Shown here: piece after piece, positions 1 through 8,751 of the stretch
Layout of the letters: each line of letters begins with the position of its first letter
How positions within the stretch are numbered: position 1 is the stretch's first letter
Source: an uncultured bacterium
GTDB lineage: Bacteria > Patescibacteriota > Dojkabacteria > SC72
DNA length: 64,000 bases
Direction: 5' to 3'
Assembly: GCA_903840015.1 (NCBI GenBank)
Contig: CAIMEL010000004.1
Span: 30,671-94,670, forward strand
Position numbers and translations under genes: made by a program
The notes under the pieces: generated by a model
Told to the model about the DNA's origin: nothing
Database searches by the model: none
What the model saw: only the letters and a program-made list of their open reading frames with translations

Positions 1-269
1 GTCATAGAGTTAGGTCGAGAGAAAGATTGATTAGTAAATCGTTCATATGTTCCGATATCCATATCTGTTTCAAATCCATCATCAAGAACAAAGGTTTCTC
101 CATGTTCTAAGGGATTCATAGTTCCTGCATCAACATTGAGATATGGATCTGCCTTAATCATAGTTATTTTCTTACCATATGACTTAAGAATGAAGCCCAG
201 AGAGGCAGCTGTGATACCTTTTCCAATTCCAGAAATGACGCCTCCCGAGATGAATATGTATTTGGACAT
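1..269 (-). CDS. pyrG: CTP synthase (N-terminal part; continues beyond window start)
   Basis: Manual translation from ATG at 269: [25 protein letters not shown]...[40 protein letters not shown], the canonical PyrG N-terminus. Confidence 0.97.
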   Translation of the reverse strand, partial: MSKYIFISGGVISGIGKGITAASLGFILKSYGKKITMIKADPYLNVDAGTMNPLEHGETFVLDDGFETDMDIGTYERFTNQSFSRPNSM

Positions 270-327
270 GTAATTATTTATTAGAGGTTATTCGATAATC
301 TATAGGAACTAAACAGTACTGTCAACC

Positions 328-765
328 TTAATATATTTTTCCTTTTTTAATAGTAAATTCAGTATACAACTCTTTGCAACTTTTTCTTTCTATTTGTTTC
401 TCAGTATAATTTTTACTGTTACCACTCATCTCATCAAACCCTATGCTCTTAGCATCAGCATAAGTGCAGCCGTAATATACTTTTGATATTTTCGCCCATT
501 TCAAAGCTGCTTTACACATAGGGCAGGGACGCCCTGTTGTATAGAGTATACAACCATTTAGGTTAAAGCTTCTTAAAGTCTTACTTGCATCTCTGATTGC
601 CTGAATCTCTGCATGACATGTAGCATCATTCTCCTTAACTACAGTATTATGTCCCCTACCGACTATTCGGCCTTTTTTAACAATTACTGCCCCAAATGGA
701 CCTCCATGTGCATTCTTGATACCCATCTCAGCCTCTTTGATAGCTTCCTGCATAAATTTGTTCAT
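328..765 (-). CDS. Zn-dependent nucleoside/guanine deaminase (cytidine deaminase fold, GuaD-like)
   Basis: GGPFGAVIV, HAE and PCPMC motifs. Confidence 0.88.
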   Translation of the reverse strand: MNKFMQEAIKEAEMGIKNAHGGPFGAVIVKKGRIVGRGHNTVVKENDATCHAEIQAIRDASKTLRSFNLNGCILYTTGRPCPMCKAALKWAKISKVYYGCTYADAKSIGFDEMSGNSKNYTEKQIERKSCKELYTEFTIKKGKIY

Positions 766-1616
766 TAGAATTTCCTATTGAAATTAATACCCTCTGCATC
801 TATCTTCTTTCCACTTCTACCAAGATCCTTTTCATATCTCCTTGCAAATTCTCTGTACTCGAGAACCTTCTTTCTTCTCTCAGAAACAGATGTAGTAGCA
901 AGCATTCCAGGTCCATTGATACAGCCACCTTTACAATTTAAAACATCTAGGAATTTGTAATGCTTGTAAACACCATCCTTAAACCCTTCAAAAACCTTCA
1001 TCAAGTCATTCAGGCCCTCCATTACAAGTATTTCGCTTTCTTTAAAAAGATTTGAATAGTTTAAAGTTGCAGACAATCCTCCTGATATGGGGTATATCTT
1101 AGTGTAGTCATTGTAAAACTTGTCAAAGGAAATCCAGTATTTACTTTCTTCTACCTTGTCCGGAATGTTTCTCTCTTTGAATAGGGTTTCTAACTCTTTG
1201 AAAGTTAAAACCTCATCTATTGTACCTACCTCTTTTGCTTCGAGTTTCTTTGTCATACAAGGTCCAACAAATACTACCTTGTATTCAGGATACAGTTTCC
1301 TGCAAATCAATCCCATACAACCCATAGGCGAGTGCACAGGGACTAAATTAGGTATTAATTCTGGATACTTTACTTTAATATAGTTGACTATTGTTGGGCA
1401 GGGAGACGCTATCCATGTCTTCTTTTCACCCTTATCTATACTATCTTTTAATACAGAGTAGTAAGTCATATTGGTCATTTTTGCACCAAAGGTCACTTCC
1501 ATGACCTTGTCAAAACCCAACATTCTTAAACGGTATACTATCTCAGGATATTCGAATTCAGTAACAAATGATGGTGCTAACAGACAGATATACTTTTCCC
1601 CATTTTTGAATTCCAT
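765..1616 (-). CDS. Minimal [FeFe]-hydrogenase H-domain protein (Fe_hyd_lg_C only)
   Basis: LAPSF; L1-like ASPCP; L2-like GPCMTKKLE; L3-like DVLNCKGGCINGPG; no ferredoxin domains; 283 aa. Confidence 0.85.
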   Translation of the reverse strand: MEFKNGEKYICLLAPSFVTEFEYPEIVYRLRMLGFDKVMEVTFGAKMTNMTYYSVLKDSIDKGEKKTWIASPCPTIVNYIKVKYPELIPNLVPVHSPMGCMGLICRKLYPEYKVVFVGPCMTKKLEAKEVGTIDEVLTFKELETLFKERNIPDKVEESKYWISFDKFYNDYTKIYPISGGLSATLNYSNLFKESEILVMEGLNDLMKVFEGFKDGVYKHYKFLDVLNCKGGCINGPGMLATTSVSERRKKVLEYREFARRYEKDLGRSGKKIDAEGINFNRKF

Positions 1617-1667
1617 ATTTCAATATACCGTAATTGAGAAATTTTAGAAATATATGTAAGATATATT

Positions 1668-2189
1668 ATGCAATTAGAAGAGAAAACAGAAGTAAAAGCT
1701 TTTTCAATATTAACAAACAGATACATTCAACTTTCACTCCTGTATCTTTTGCTTTTCTCTATGCCTTTCATACTCAAGTCACCTCAATTGTTAATTGGCT
1801 CTGTAATCAATTTCCTTTTAATAGTGGGGATTACCCAATTTAAAGCCAAAGAGATTTTACCAGCACTGTTTCTTCCATCGATATCAACATATATATATGG
1901 AACTCTCTTTGGAGGCGCAACTACCTTTCTAATATATCTAGTTCCACTAATTGGTCTCGCTAATATGCTCTTTGTCTTGTCATACAGGTATTTGAAGATT
2001 GAGCATTTGAATATCGTTGTCGCAGCAATTCTTAAAACTGTTTTCCTCTTTACAATTACCTACATACTTTTCAAAGCCTCTGTACTTCCTCAAATTTTTC
2101 TAACAACAATGGGTATTTCTCAACTGTTTACTGCAATTATTGGTGGTGTTTCAGCACATCTTTTCGTAAAGTCTTTAAAGAAAATATAA
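1668..2189 (+). CDS. Integral membrane protein, ECF S-component-like
   Basis: About 6 TM segments; PQLLIGSVIN and QLFTAIIGG motifs typical of ECF S-like proteins. Confidence 0.6.
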   Translation: MQLEEKTEVKAFSILTNRYIQLSLLYLLLFSMPFILKSPQLLIGSVINFLLIVGITQFKAKEILPALFLPSISTYIYGTLFGGATTFLIYLVPLIGLANMLFVLSYRYLKIEHLNIVVAAILKTVFLFTITYILFKASVLPQIFLTTMGISQLFTAIIGGVSAHLFVKSLKKI

Positions 2190-2206
2190 TTTCATACTAC
2201 TGATAT

Positions 2207-2884
2207 ATGTATATAGATCCTTTTTATTGGTATTTTGCTCTTCCAGGAATTATTTTGACTATTTTGGCGCAAATCTATGTCAAAATTGTTTTCTCAAAAT
2301 ATTCGAAGAAAGATTCAGGACGAGGAATTACAGGATTGGAAACTGCTCAGCTACTGGCTGAAAGAGAAGATTTCCCAGTTACAATAACTACAAACCAAGG
2401 TGACTTGAATGATCATTTTGACCCCATTAGAGATATTGTTGGTATATCCAGAAGTAATACTACAAGTAACTCTATCTCAAATATAGCTGTAGTTGCTCAC
2501 GAGTTTGGTCATGTTGAACAAAAGTTCTCAGATTCCCTAATATACAAAATTAGGAGAGTAATTGTTCCTGTCACAGAATTTGGAACAAAGATAGGGTATG
2601 TTCTTTTTGTCATAGGAATCATAATATCAGCTCTAAGACTCTCTGAGATTGGATTAATATTCTTCTCCACTAGTGTGCTTTTTTCTTTGATAACACTACC
2701 ATTAGAATTTGATGCAAGCAAAAGAGCGGTGATCTTCATAGAGAAGTATGATTTAATTGCACCACAAGAAAGAGGGGGAGCTAAGAGCGTACTAAATGCT
2801 GCTGCCCTTACATATGTAGCAGGTCTGCTAACCTCCATCTTAAACCTGATGTACTACATCAGTATTCTAAACAGGAGAAGATAG
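2207..2884 (+). CDS. Membrane zinc metallopeptidase (YugP / Zn_peptidase_2 family)
   Basis: DHFDP, AVVAHEFGH, TLPLEFDASKRA, VLNAAALTYVA. Confidence 0.92.
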   Translation: MYIDPFYWYFALPGIILTILAQIYVKIVFSKYSKKDSGRGITGLETAQLLAEREDFPVTITTNQGDLNDHFDPIRDIVGISRSNTTSNSISNIAVVAHEFGHVEQKFSDSLIYKIRRVIVPVTEFGTKIGYVLFVIGIIISALRLSEIGLIFFSTSVLFSLITLPLEFDASKRAVIFIEKYDLIAPQERGGAKSVLNAAALTYVAGLLTSILNLMYYISILNRRR

Positions 2885-2885
2885 T

Positions 2886-3065
2886 TTAATCGACAGGTTC
2901 AAAAGTAATCTCTTCCTCTGTTAAGGAAATTCTTGTCATAACAGGTTGCCCATTTTCATCTTCCTGAAGTAGGTAGGGAACTCCATCTCGTCTAAAGTAG
3001 ACATTTGAAGGATCTATCTCATCTGTACCGTTTAAATATCTAGTTTCTTTGAATTCGTTTACCAT
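2886..3065 (-). CDS. Small acidic hypothetical protein, 59 aa (absent from ORF track)
   Basis: Manual translation MVNEFKETRYLNGTDEIDPSNVYFRRDGVPYLLQEDENGQPVMTRISLTEEEITFEPVD*; fills the gap downstream of the AlkD-like gene on the same strand. Confidence 0.6.
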   Translation of the reverse strand: MVNEFKETRYLNGTDEIDPSNVYFRRDGVPYLLQEDENGQPVMTRISLTEEEITFEPVD

Positions 3066-3080
3066 AGTGAATGATTCAAT

Positions 3081-3782
3081 TTAAGATTTCAACATATACT
3101 TTAATCTTTCCTCTTTGTCAAACTTCTCAATTGCATATCTAAGCATAGTTCTGGGCATAACTTTACAGTTTTCATTTAAAAAAGCTCTTAATGTTGGAAT
3201 ATCTCGCTTCCCAACCTCTCGTAACATCCATCCTACAGCTTTGTGAATCAAATCGTGGTTATGACTTAACAGGAGCTTGCTAATTTCTAATATATCAACA
3301 AAATCGCCCTCTCTTATGAATGTAAATGTTGCCAAGACAGCTATTCTTACCTCCCAAATTGATTTACTTTTAACCAGTTTGTATAAAATCGTACGATCAT
3401 TATTCAGAAGAAATCTCCCAACAATATTTGGTGCTGTGAGATCAACTAGATCCCAGTTGTTAATATATTTTGTGTTTTTTAAATAATATTTGTAGATATT
3501 CAATCTCTCAGTATCGTTACCTTTCTCGAATTGTTTTACCAATACAAGCAAAGCGAAAAGCCTGTATTCGTGAATTTCAGAATGAAGAAAATATTCAATA
3601 TCAGTCAAAGAAATTTCTTTGTAGTATTCTTCACAAATCTTTCTAATATTTGGAACAACAACACCCAAGAAAACATCACCTTCACCATACTGTCCTTTAC
3701 CTGTTTTGAAAAATCTTTGTAGTATTCCTGCCTTTTCTTGAGATGCGTACGATTTAAAAGCTTCGACTATTTCTTCTCTCAT
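3081..3782 (-). CDS. DNA alkylation repair protein (AlkD-like HEAT-repeat glycosylase)
   Basis: FFKTGKGQYGEGD, NNWDLVD, HDLIHKAVGWMLRE, MPRTMLRYAIEK. Confidence 0.92.
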   Translation of the reverse strand: MREEIVEAFKSYASQEKAGILQRFFKTGKGQYGEGDVFLGVVVPNIRKICEEYYKEISLTDIEYFLHSEIHEYRLFALLVLVKQFEKGNDTERLNIYKYYLKNTKYINNWDLVDLTAPNIVGRFLLNNDRTILYKLVKSKSIWEVRIAVLATFTFIREGDFVDILEISKLLLSHNHDLIHKAVGWMLREVGKRDIPTLRAFLNENCKVMPRTMLRYAIEKFDKEERLKYMLKS

Positions 3783-4484
3783 CTACTGCCTTACAGCCAT
3801 CTTATTATATTCAGCCACATACACACCTAGTTTCATTTTGTCTTTCAGATTCTCTACTGTTACTTCCACATCACTAGTTAGAGGTAGAAGAGTAGGAGTA
3901 TCTGCTGTTCTTACAAGGATATGTAATTTGTCAGTAACCAAACCTGTCATAATTGCTCCAGATCCAATCAATGACTTAATATCTTGAAGTGAGAAATAGC
4001 TAAAACTTGTTAAACCACTACTATCTACATACTTTGGGTGAGTATGCATATTGAAAAGATATTCTACCGATATACTCTTAGGAGCATTCTTGTAATATAT
4101 GTCGACCTGCTTGATGGTCTTACCACTTAAAATTACCTCTTTGCGGTAGTAACCCTGTTTGACAGGGTGTGGAATATATCTAACAGAAATATTTTCATTT
4201 GTTGTTACAGATGATTCATCTCCTTTTACAACAGAAGTTACTATCAATTCACCATCAGCCCAGAATACTGAAATGGCTCTTTCTTTTCCATCACCCAATG
4301 TCAATTTGTGAATATTAATAACATCTTTCCAAAAATCAGAGGGAAAAGATATTGCTTCTGGGAGATTGGAAGGATATGGATACAATTTAGATGATTTCCA
4401 TTGAACCATCTTGTGATGGAAATCAAAGAAAGAGACTGAGTAGATTTTGTTACTAGAGAAGAATTCAGATAGCCAAGAAAACAT
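3783..4484 (-). CDS. Hypothetical protein with JAB/MPN (JAMM)-like metal motif
   Basis: DGKER...MHTHP...FSLQD pattern; ATG at 4484 preferred over TTG at 4541. Confidence 0.6.
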   Translation of the reverse strand: MFSWLSEFFSSNKIYSVSFFDFHHKMVQWKSSKLYPYPSNLPEAISFPSDFWKDVINIHKLTLGDGKERAISVFWADGELIVTSVVKGDESSVTTNENISVRYIPHPVKQGYYRKEVILSGKTIKQVDIYYKNAPKSISVEYLFNMHTHPKYVDSSGLTSFSYFSLQDIKSLIGSGAIMTGLVTDKLHILVRTADTPTLLPLTSDVEVTVENLKDKMKLGVYVAEYNKMAVRQ

Positions 4485-4573
4485 ATTTTTAAAAATCAAA
4501 TTTACTACTAATACTATACAGTAGCATTGACCTTTCTTCAAAACCTAGTAACATATATTAGGGTATTTAACAT

Positions 4574-4690
4574 TAAAGCGTATGGGCAATTAAGGAAATT
4601 GCAACGAGGTGAGAGTTATCGAAATATCAGCGGGTGCTCTCAGGCTATATTGTTAGCCTAAAGATTAATACAAATCTACAAAGATTAATC
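4574..4690 (+). ncRNA. glmS riboswitch-ribozyme (variant)
   Basis: AAGCG start, P1 GCAATT/AATTGC, ACGAGG, P2 TGAGAG/CTCTCA enclosing TTATCGAAA...AGCGG, AGGCTA/TAGCCT hairpin, ACAAA-containing P4; directly upstream of glmS. Confidence 0.88.
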
Positions 4691-4727
4691 ATCAATCCCT
4701 AACAATCTAAATTCATGCTACACAACT

Positions 4728-6506
4728 ATGTGCGGTATTTTTGGATACATTGGGAAAAGAGATGCGAAAAGAATAATTGTAGAAGGTCTTAAGAGATTAG
4801 AGTACAGAGGATATGATTCTTGGGGTATTGCACTTTTAGAAAAAGGGAAAATACATCAATACAGAGATATTAGCGAAATTAGTACAAACAAGAGGATACT
4901 AGATTTGCCTTGCTCGAATATTGGGATTGGACATACTCGATGGGCAACACATGGAGGAGTTTCAAAGAAGAATGCACATCCACACATATCCCTAACAAAG
5001 GATTTTACTCTAGTACAGAATGGTATTGTTGAGAACTTTGAAGATCTAAAAAAAGATTTAATAGCTAAACACGTCACTATTAAATCTGAAACGGATACGG
5101 AAATCATAGTCAGATTAATTGAAGAAGCAAGAAACAAAGAGAAGAATCTCAAAGAAAGTATCATATCTGTTTTTGAGAGATTAAAAGGGAGAAATACAAT
5201 TGCAGTCTTAGATTCAAAAAATGGGAAAATATATGCCATTAGAAATGGCTCTCCTTTGATACTCGGAATAGGGAAAGAAGAGATTTTCCTTGCGTCAGAT
5301 ACACTTTCCTTCTCTCCATACTGTAAGAATATTGTTGTGGTAGATAACTTAGAGATGGTCGAGATTGAACATAATAGTTTTAAAGTCACGGATTTAACCA
5401 ATTCAAAAGTCAAAAATGTTACTGTTACAAAATTAAAGTACCTGTACGAAGATATCGATAAAGGGGAGTATAAACACTATATGTTGAAGGAAATAGTCGA
5501 GCAATCAAACACCTTTATTAACGCCATAGCATACTCAGAAAAAGATCTTCAATCATTAAGTAAATCCATTAAACAGAGTAGTCGAGTATATATCATAGGC
5601 GCTGGTACAGCAGGGTTTGCTGCTGGTCAAATAGCATATTTCCTTCGAAATATAGGAGGGATAGATGCTCAAGATCTGAGAAGTTATGAATTTGCTAGCT
5701 ATCTACCAATCGTAAAACCAACAGACCTAATCGTAGCTTTATCTCAAAGTGGTGAGACGGCAGACACCATAGAGGCTTTGGAAGAGCTTAAGAAAAAAGG
5801 ATGTAAGATTGCAAGCCTTGTTAATATGTTGGGAACTACAATCAGTAGACTCTCTGACTATCAATTCTTCTCAAATGCAGGACCAGAGATATGTGTAGCT
5901 TCTACTAAGGTTTTCACTTCACAATGTGTATGGGGATATATATTAGCTAAGAACATTGTAGGAGATTTAAAAGGAGGTAAGCGGGAGATTCTCACACTTG
6001 CAAAAGAATTAAAAACTTTCTTCTCTTCTAAAAATCTTAGCAGTATCGACGAGATATCTAAGAAGCTTGTAAAGCAGGAACATATGTTCATTTTAGGAAA
6101 AGGACAAAATTTCAATATCGCACTAGAAGGTTCTTTGAAGATAAAAGAGATTTCCTACAAACATGTAGAAGGATTTGCTGCAGGGGAGTTAAAACATGGT
6201 GTAATAGCTTTAATTGAGAAAGGTACTGTTGTATTTGGAATTCTTTCGAATGATAGAGATAGTAAAGATATATTAAGTGCAATGGAGCAAGTAAAAGCCA
6301 GGGGAGCGTTTACTATCGGAATAGGGGACAAAAAATTCAAGAAAAAGGATGTATTTGATAGATATATTGTTACCCCAGGAAGAGACATAGCTAGTAGTAT
6401 TACAAATGTAATACCATTTCAATTAATCTCCTACTATCTTTCTGTTAGGTTGGGAAATAATATAGATAAACCTAGGAATCTAGCAAAATCTGTTACTGTT
6501 AAATAG
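4728..6506 (+). CDS. glmS: Glutamine--fructose-6-phosphate aminotransferase
   Basis: MCGIFG, LEYRGYDS, GHTRWATHG, SQSGETADT, ELKHG, PRNLAKSVTV. Confidence 0.99.
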   Translation: MCGIFGYIGKRDAKRIIVEGLKRLEYRGYDSWGIALLEKGKIHQYRDISEISTNKRILDLPCSNIGIGHTRWATHGGVSKKNAHPHISLTKDFTLVQNGIVENFEDLKKDLIAKHVTIKSETDTEIIVRLIEEARNKEKNLKESIISVFERLKGRNTIAVLDSKNGKIYAIRNGSPLILGIGKEEIFLASDTLSFSPYCKNIVVVDNLEMVEIEHNSFKVTDLTNSKVKNVTVTKLKYLYEDIDKGEYKHYMLKEIVEQSNTFINAIAYSEKDLQSLSKSIKQSSRVYIIGAGTAGFAAGQIAYFLRNIGGIDAQDLRSYEFASYLPIVKPTDLIVALSQSGETADTIEALEELKKKGCKIASLVNMLGTTISRLSDYQFFSNAGPEICVASTKVFTSQCVWGYILAKNIVGDLKGGKREILTLAKELKTFFSSKNLSSIDEISKKLVKQEHMFILGKGQNFNIALEGSLKIKEISYKHVEGFAAGELKHGVIALIEKGTVVFGILSNDRDSKDILSAMEQVKARGAFTIGIGDKKFKKKDVFDRYIVTPGRDIASSITNVIPFQLISYYLSVRLGNNIDKPRNLAKSVTVK

Positions 6507-6553
6507 TACGATTTTTGTTTACAATATATATATCTAAATTCATATCTGCCATT

Positions 6554-7111
6554 ATGGATACAGGAAGAGGTAAATCAATAGTACTTTTTGTGCTTTTAGG
6601 AGTGTTTTTTGTTGGAGGTATAGTATTTGCTTTCTTAATTTTACCTAATATGAATAGGACATTAGGAAACACTGATCTTAAAGTTGGATTTCCACTAGAT
6701 ATGACAGATTTAAGAGTATTGGATGATGGAGTAGGACTGTTTTGTAAAAACAAAGCTAAAACAATGACATTTGAAGTTAGGGAAGGTTCAAGGGTAATGG
6801 CAGTTAAAGATGGAACAGTATCATTTGTGGGAGATGGTACTGTGAAGATTGAATTAGATACAAATATGGAGGTTGAGTACTCGTCACTTTCAAGAATATC
6901 TGTTCAAGAGAGTGAGTATGTACTCCTAGGAGATACTATTGGTTATGCGGATAGTGGAGAGGTTTCTTTTGGAATTACCGATACAAAGGAGAGAGTGTAT
7001 TTGTGTCCATATGTTTACTTTAATGATGAAGGTAAGGAGATAGTGAATAGGGAATTGGATAAGATTGATTATTTTGACTCTATTTGTTTGTGTGATAATT
7101 TAAATTTTTAA
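6554..7111 (+). CDS. Membrane-anchored M23/LytM-like domain protein, probably catalytically degenerate
   Basis: N-terminal TM; GSRVMAVKDGTV and V.LGDTIG.AD hybrid motif; Zn-binding His residues missing. Confidence 0.6.
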   Translation: MDTGRGKSIVLFVLLGVFFVGGIVFAFLILPNMNRTLGNTDLKVGFPLDMTDLRVLDDGVGLFCKNKAKTMTFEVREGSRVMAVKDGTVSFVGDGTVKIELDTNMEVEYSSLSRISVQESEYVLLGDTIGYADSGEVSFGITDTKERVYLCPYVYFNDEGKEIVNRELDKIDYFDSICLCDNLNF

Positions 7112-7123
7112 AAACTATATATT

Positions 7124-7405
7124 ATGCCTGAGTATGCATACAGCATCATATTAGTTGTTTTGATTGTAACCATAATGGTTTGGTGGGTAGCAAAGAAAAA
7201 GAAAGAGGTATGGAAAGGAGAATTGATTAAGAAGAGTTGGAATCCAGGAGATATGGATAATACTCCTAGCTATACAATGATTTTTAAGACAGAGGAGGGT
7301 AAGAAGAAGAGATTTAATACTCCTGATCAGAGATATTATGATCAGTGGGAGGTAGGGGATAGGGCAGAGAAGGTTAAGGGTGATTTCTTTCCTAAGAAGG
7401 TGTAA
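7124..7405 (+). CDS. Small membrane-anchored hypothetical protein
   Basis: N-terminal TM; W.G.L.KK and VGDR.EK.KG motifs (OB-like). Confidence 0.75.
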   Translation: MPEYAYSIILVVLIVTIMVWWVAKKKKEVWKGELIKKSWNPGDMDNTPSYTMIFKTEEGKKKRFNTPDQRYYDQWEVGDRAEKVKGDFFPKKV

Positions 7406-7434
7406 GTATAGTATAATCGTATTCTGATAGTTAT

Positions 7435-7512
7435 GGTGGATGTAGCTCAATTGGTTAGAGCATCGGTTTGTGGAACCGAGGGTTGTGGGTTCAAATCCCA
7501 TCTTCCACCCCA
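7435..7512 (+). tRNA. tRNA-His(GTG) with encoded G-1 and CCA
   Basis: Anticodon arm TCGGT-TTGTGGA-ACCGA; T loop GGTTCAAATCC; ends CCCA. Confidence 0.97.
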
Positions 7513-7598
7513 GGAAATTTCTATTTGCTGCTAAATATTAAAAATACTTTTTAATTAACACCATTGGTCTTCTTTTATATTAATGGTATCCTTTTGGT

Positions 7599-8084
7599 AT
7601 GAAAAGGAATATTTTGATAACCATATTATTAATTATAATTGCTATTTTTGTTTATTATCTTGTCCGCCAATACATTCCATCTATTCAACCAATCGGTATA
7701 CTATCAACTCAAACAGAATTGGATTTAAGTGGTCAAGGATTAACAAAAGTTCCTGATTATGTATTTGAGCAAGTCAATTTAAAAGTATTAAATTTATCTA
7801 ATAATAATCTCACAGGTGCTATACCTGGAGAAATCAGATTTTTAACTAAACTTACGTCTTTAGACCTAAGCAATAATAAAATGACTGGGATTCCAGCTGA
7901 AATTGGTCAATTGAACAATCTAATTGTATTGAATCTTTCAAATAATGAATTAACTGGATTACCAAATGAACTTAGGAATCTAAAAAAACTCGAAACCTTT
8001 AACATCTCAGGGAATAACTATTCACAACATGATTTAGAAATTATTATTGGTGAATTAGATCCAGAAGTGTTAATTATTAAGTAA
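7599..8084 (+). CDS. Membrane-anchored leucine-rich repeat protein
   Basis: N-terminal TM then repeats of LxxLxLSNNxLTGxIPxEI. Confidence 0.9.
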   Translation: MKRNILITILLIIIAIFVYYLVRQYIPSIQPIGILSTQTELDLSGQGLTKVPDYVFEQVNLKVLNLSNNNLTGAIPGEIRFLTKLTSLDLSNNKMTGIPAEIGQLNNLIVLNLSNNELTGLPNELRNLKKLETFNISGNNYSQHDLEIIIGELDPEVLIIK

Positions 8085-8220
8085 ATCTGAAGATATTCAC
8101 ATACAATATTATTGTATTTTTTATAACCCAAGAATTTAACCATTCCCCAAAATATGTGACATAATCTGATATATATGTATAAACATATTAGATTCTATTT
8201 CTTAATCTACTTTTCATCAG

Positions 8221-8751
8221 ATGGAAGAGCTCGTTAATAAATATATTAAGGAAAGAAAAAAAGAAGATTTTGCATTAATCTACAGACTCTCTTTTGACAA
8301 CCTCTACAGATTCATACTATCCAAAACAAACAGTAAAGAGATTACAGATGAAGTTGTAAGTGATACATATTTCCTTCTAATTGATTTAATTGATCATTAT
8401 GATTCTACAAAATCTAAATTCTCTACATTTCTTTTCGGTATAGCATTAAACAAACTAAGACAAAAATGGAGTAATCAAAAAGCTAACAAGACATTCTCTT
8501 TAAATGAAGATATCTACATTGATCAAAATAACTACAAACCATCTTCAAGAAGAAAAGAGTTAATCAAGAAAATAGAGGATGCTTTACCACAACTATCTAC
8601 TAAATACAGAAAAATATTAGAAAAAAGATTCTTTGAATCTAAAACCATTAAAACAGTATCTGAAGAATTAAATCTATCGATATCTAATGTAACAACAATA
8701 CAGAATAGGGCACTGAATAAATTAAGAGCAATTATTAATGAGAAAATATGA
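8221..8751 (+). CDS. ECF-family RNA polymerase sigma factor
   Basis: Region 2 (LYRFI...FSTFLFGIALN) and region 4 HTH (NRALNKLR); 176 aa. Confidence 0.9.
   Translation: MEELVNKYIKERKKEDFALIYRLSFDNLYRFILSKTNSKEITDEVVSDTYFLLIDLIDHYDSTKSKFSTFLFGIALNKLRQKWSNQKANKTFSLNEDIYIDQNNYKPSSRRKELIKKIEDALPQLSTKYRKILEKRFFESKTIKTVSEELNLSISNVTTIQNRALNKLRAIINEKI

Noticed and set aside
7151-7501. 116-aa minus-strand ORF starting MGFEPTTLGS
   Set aside because: Antisense shadow of tRNA-His and the upstream gene.
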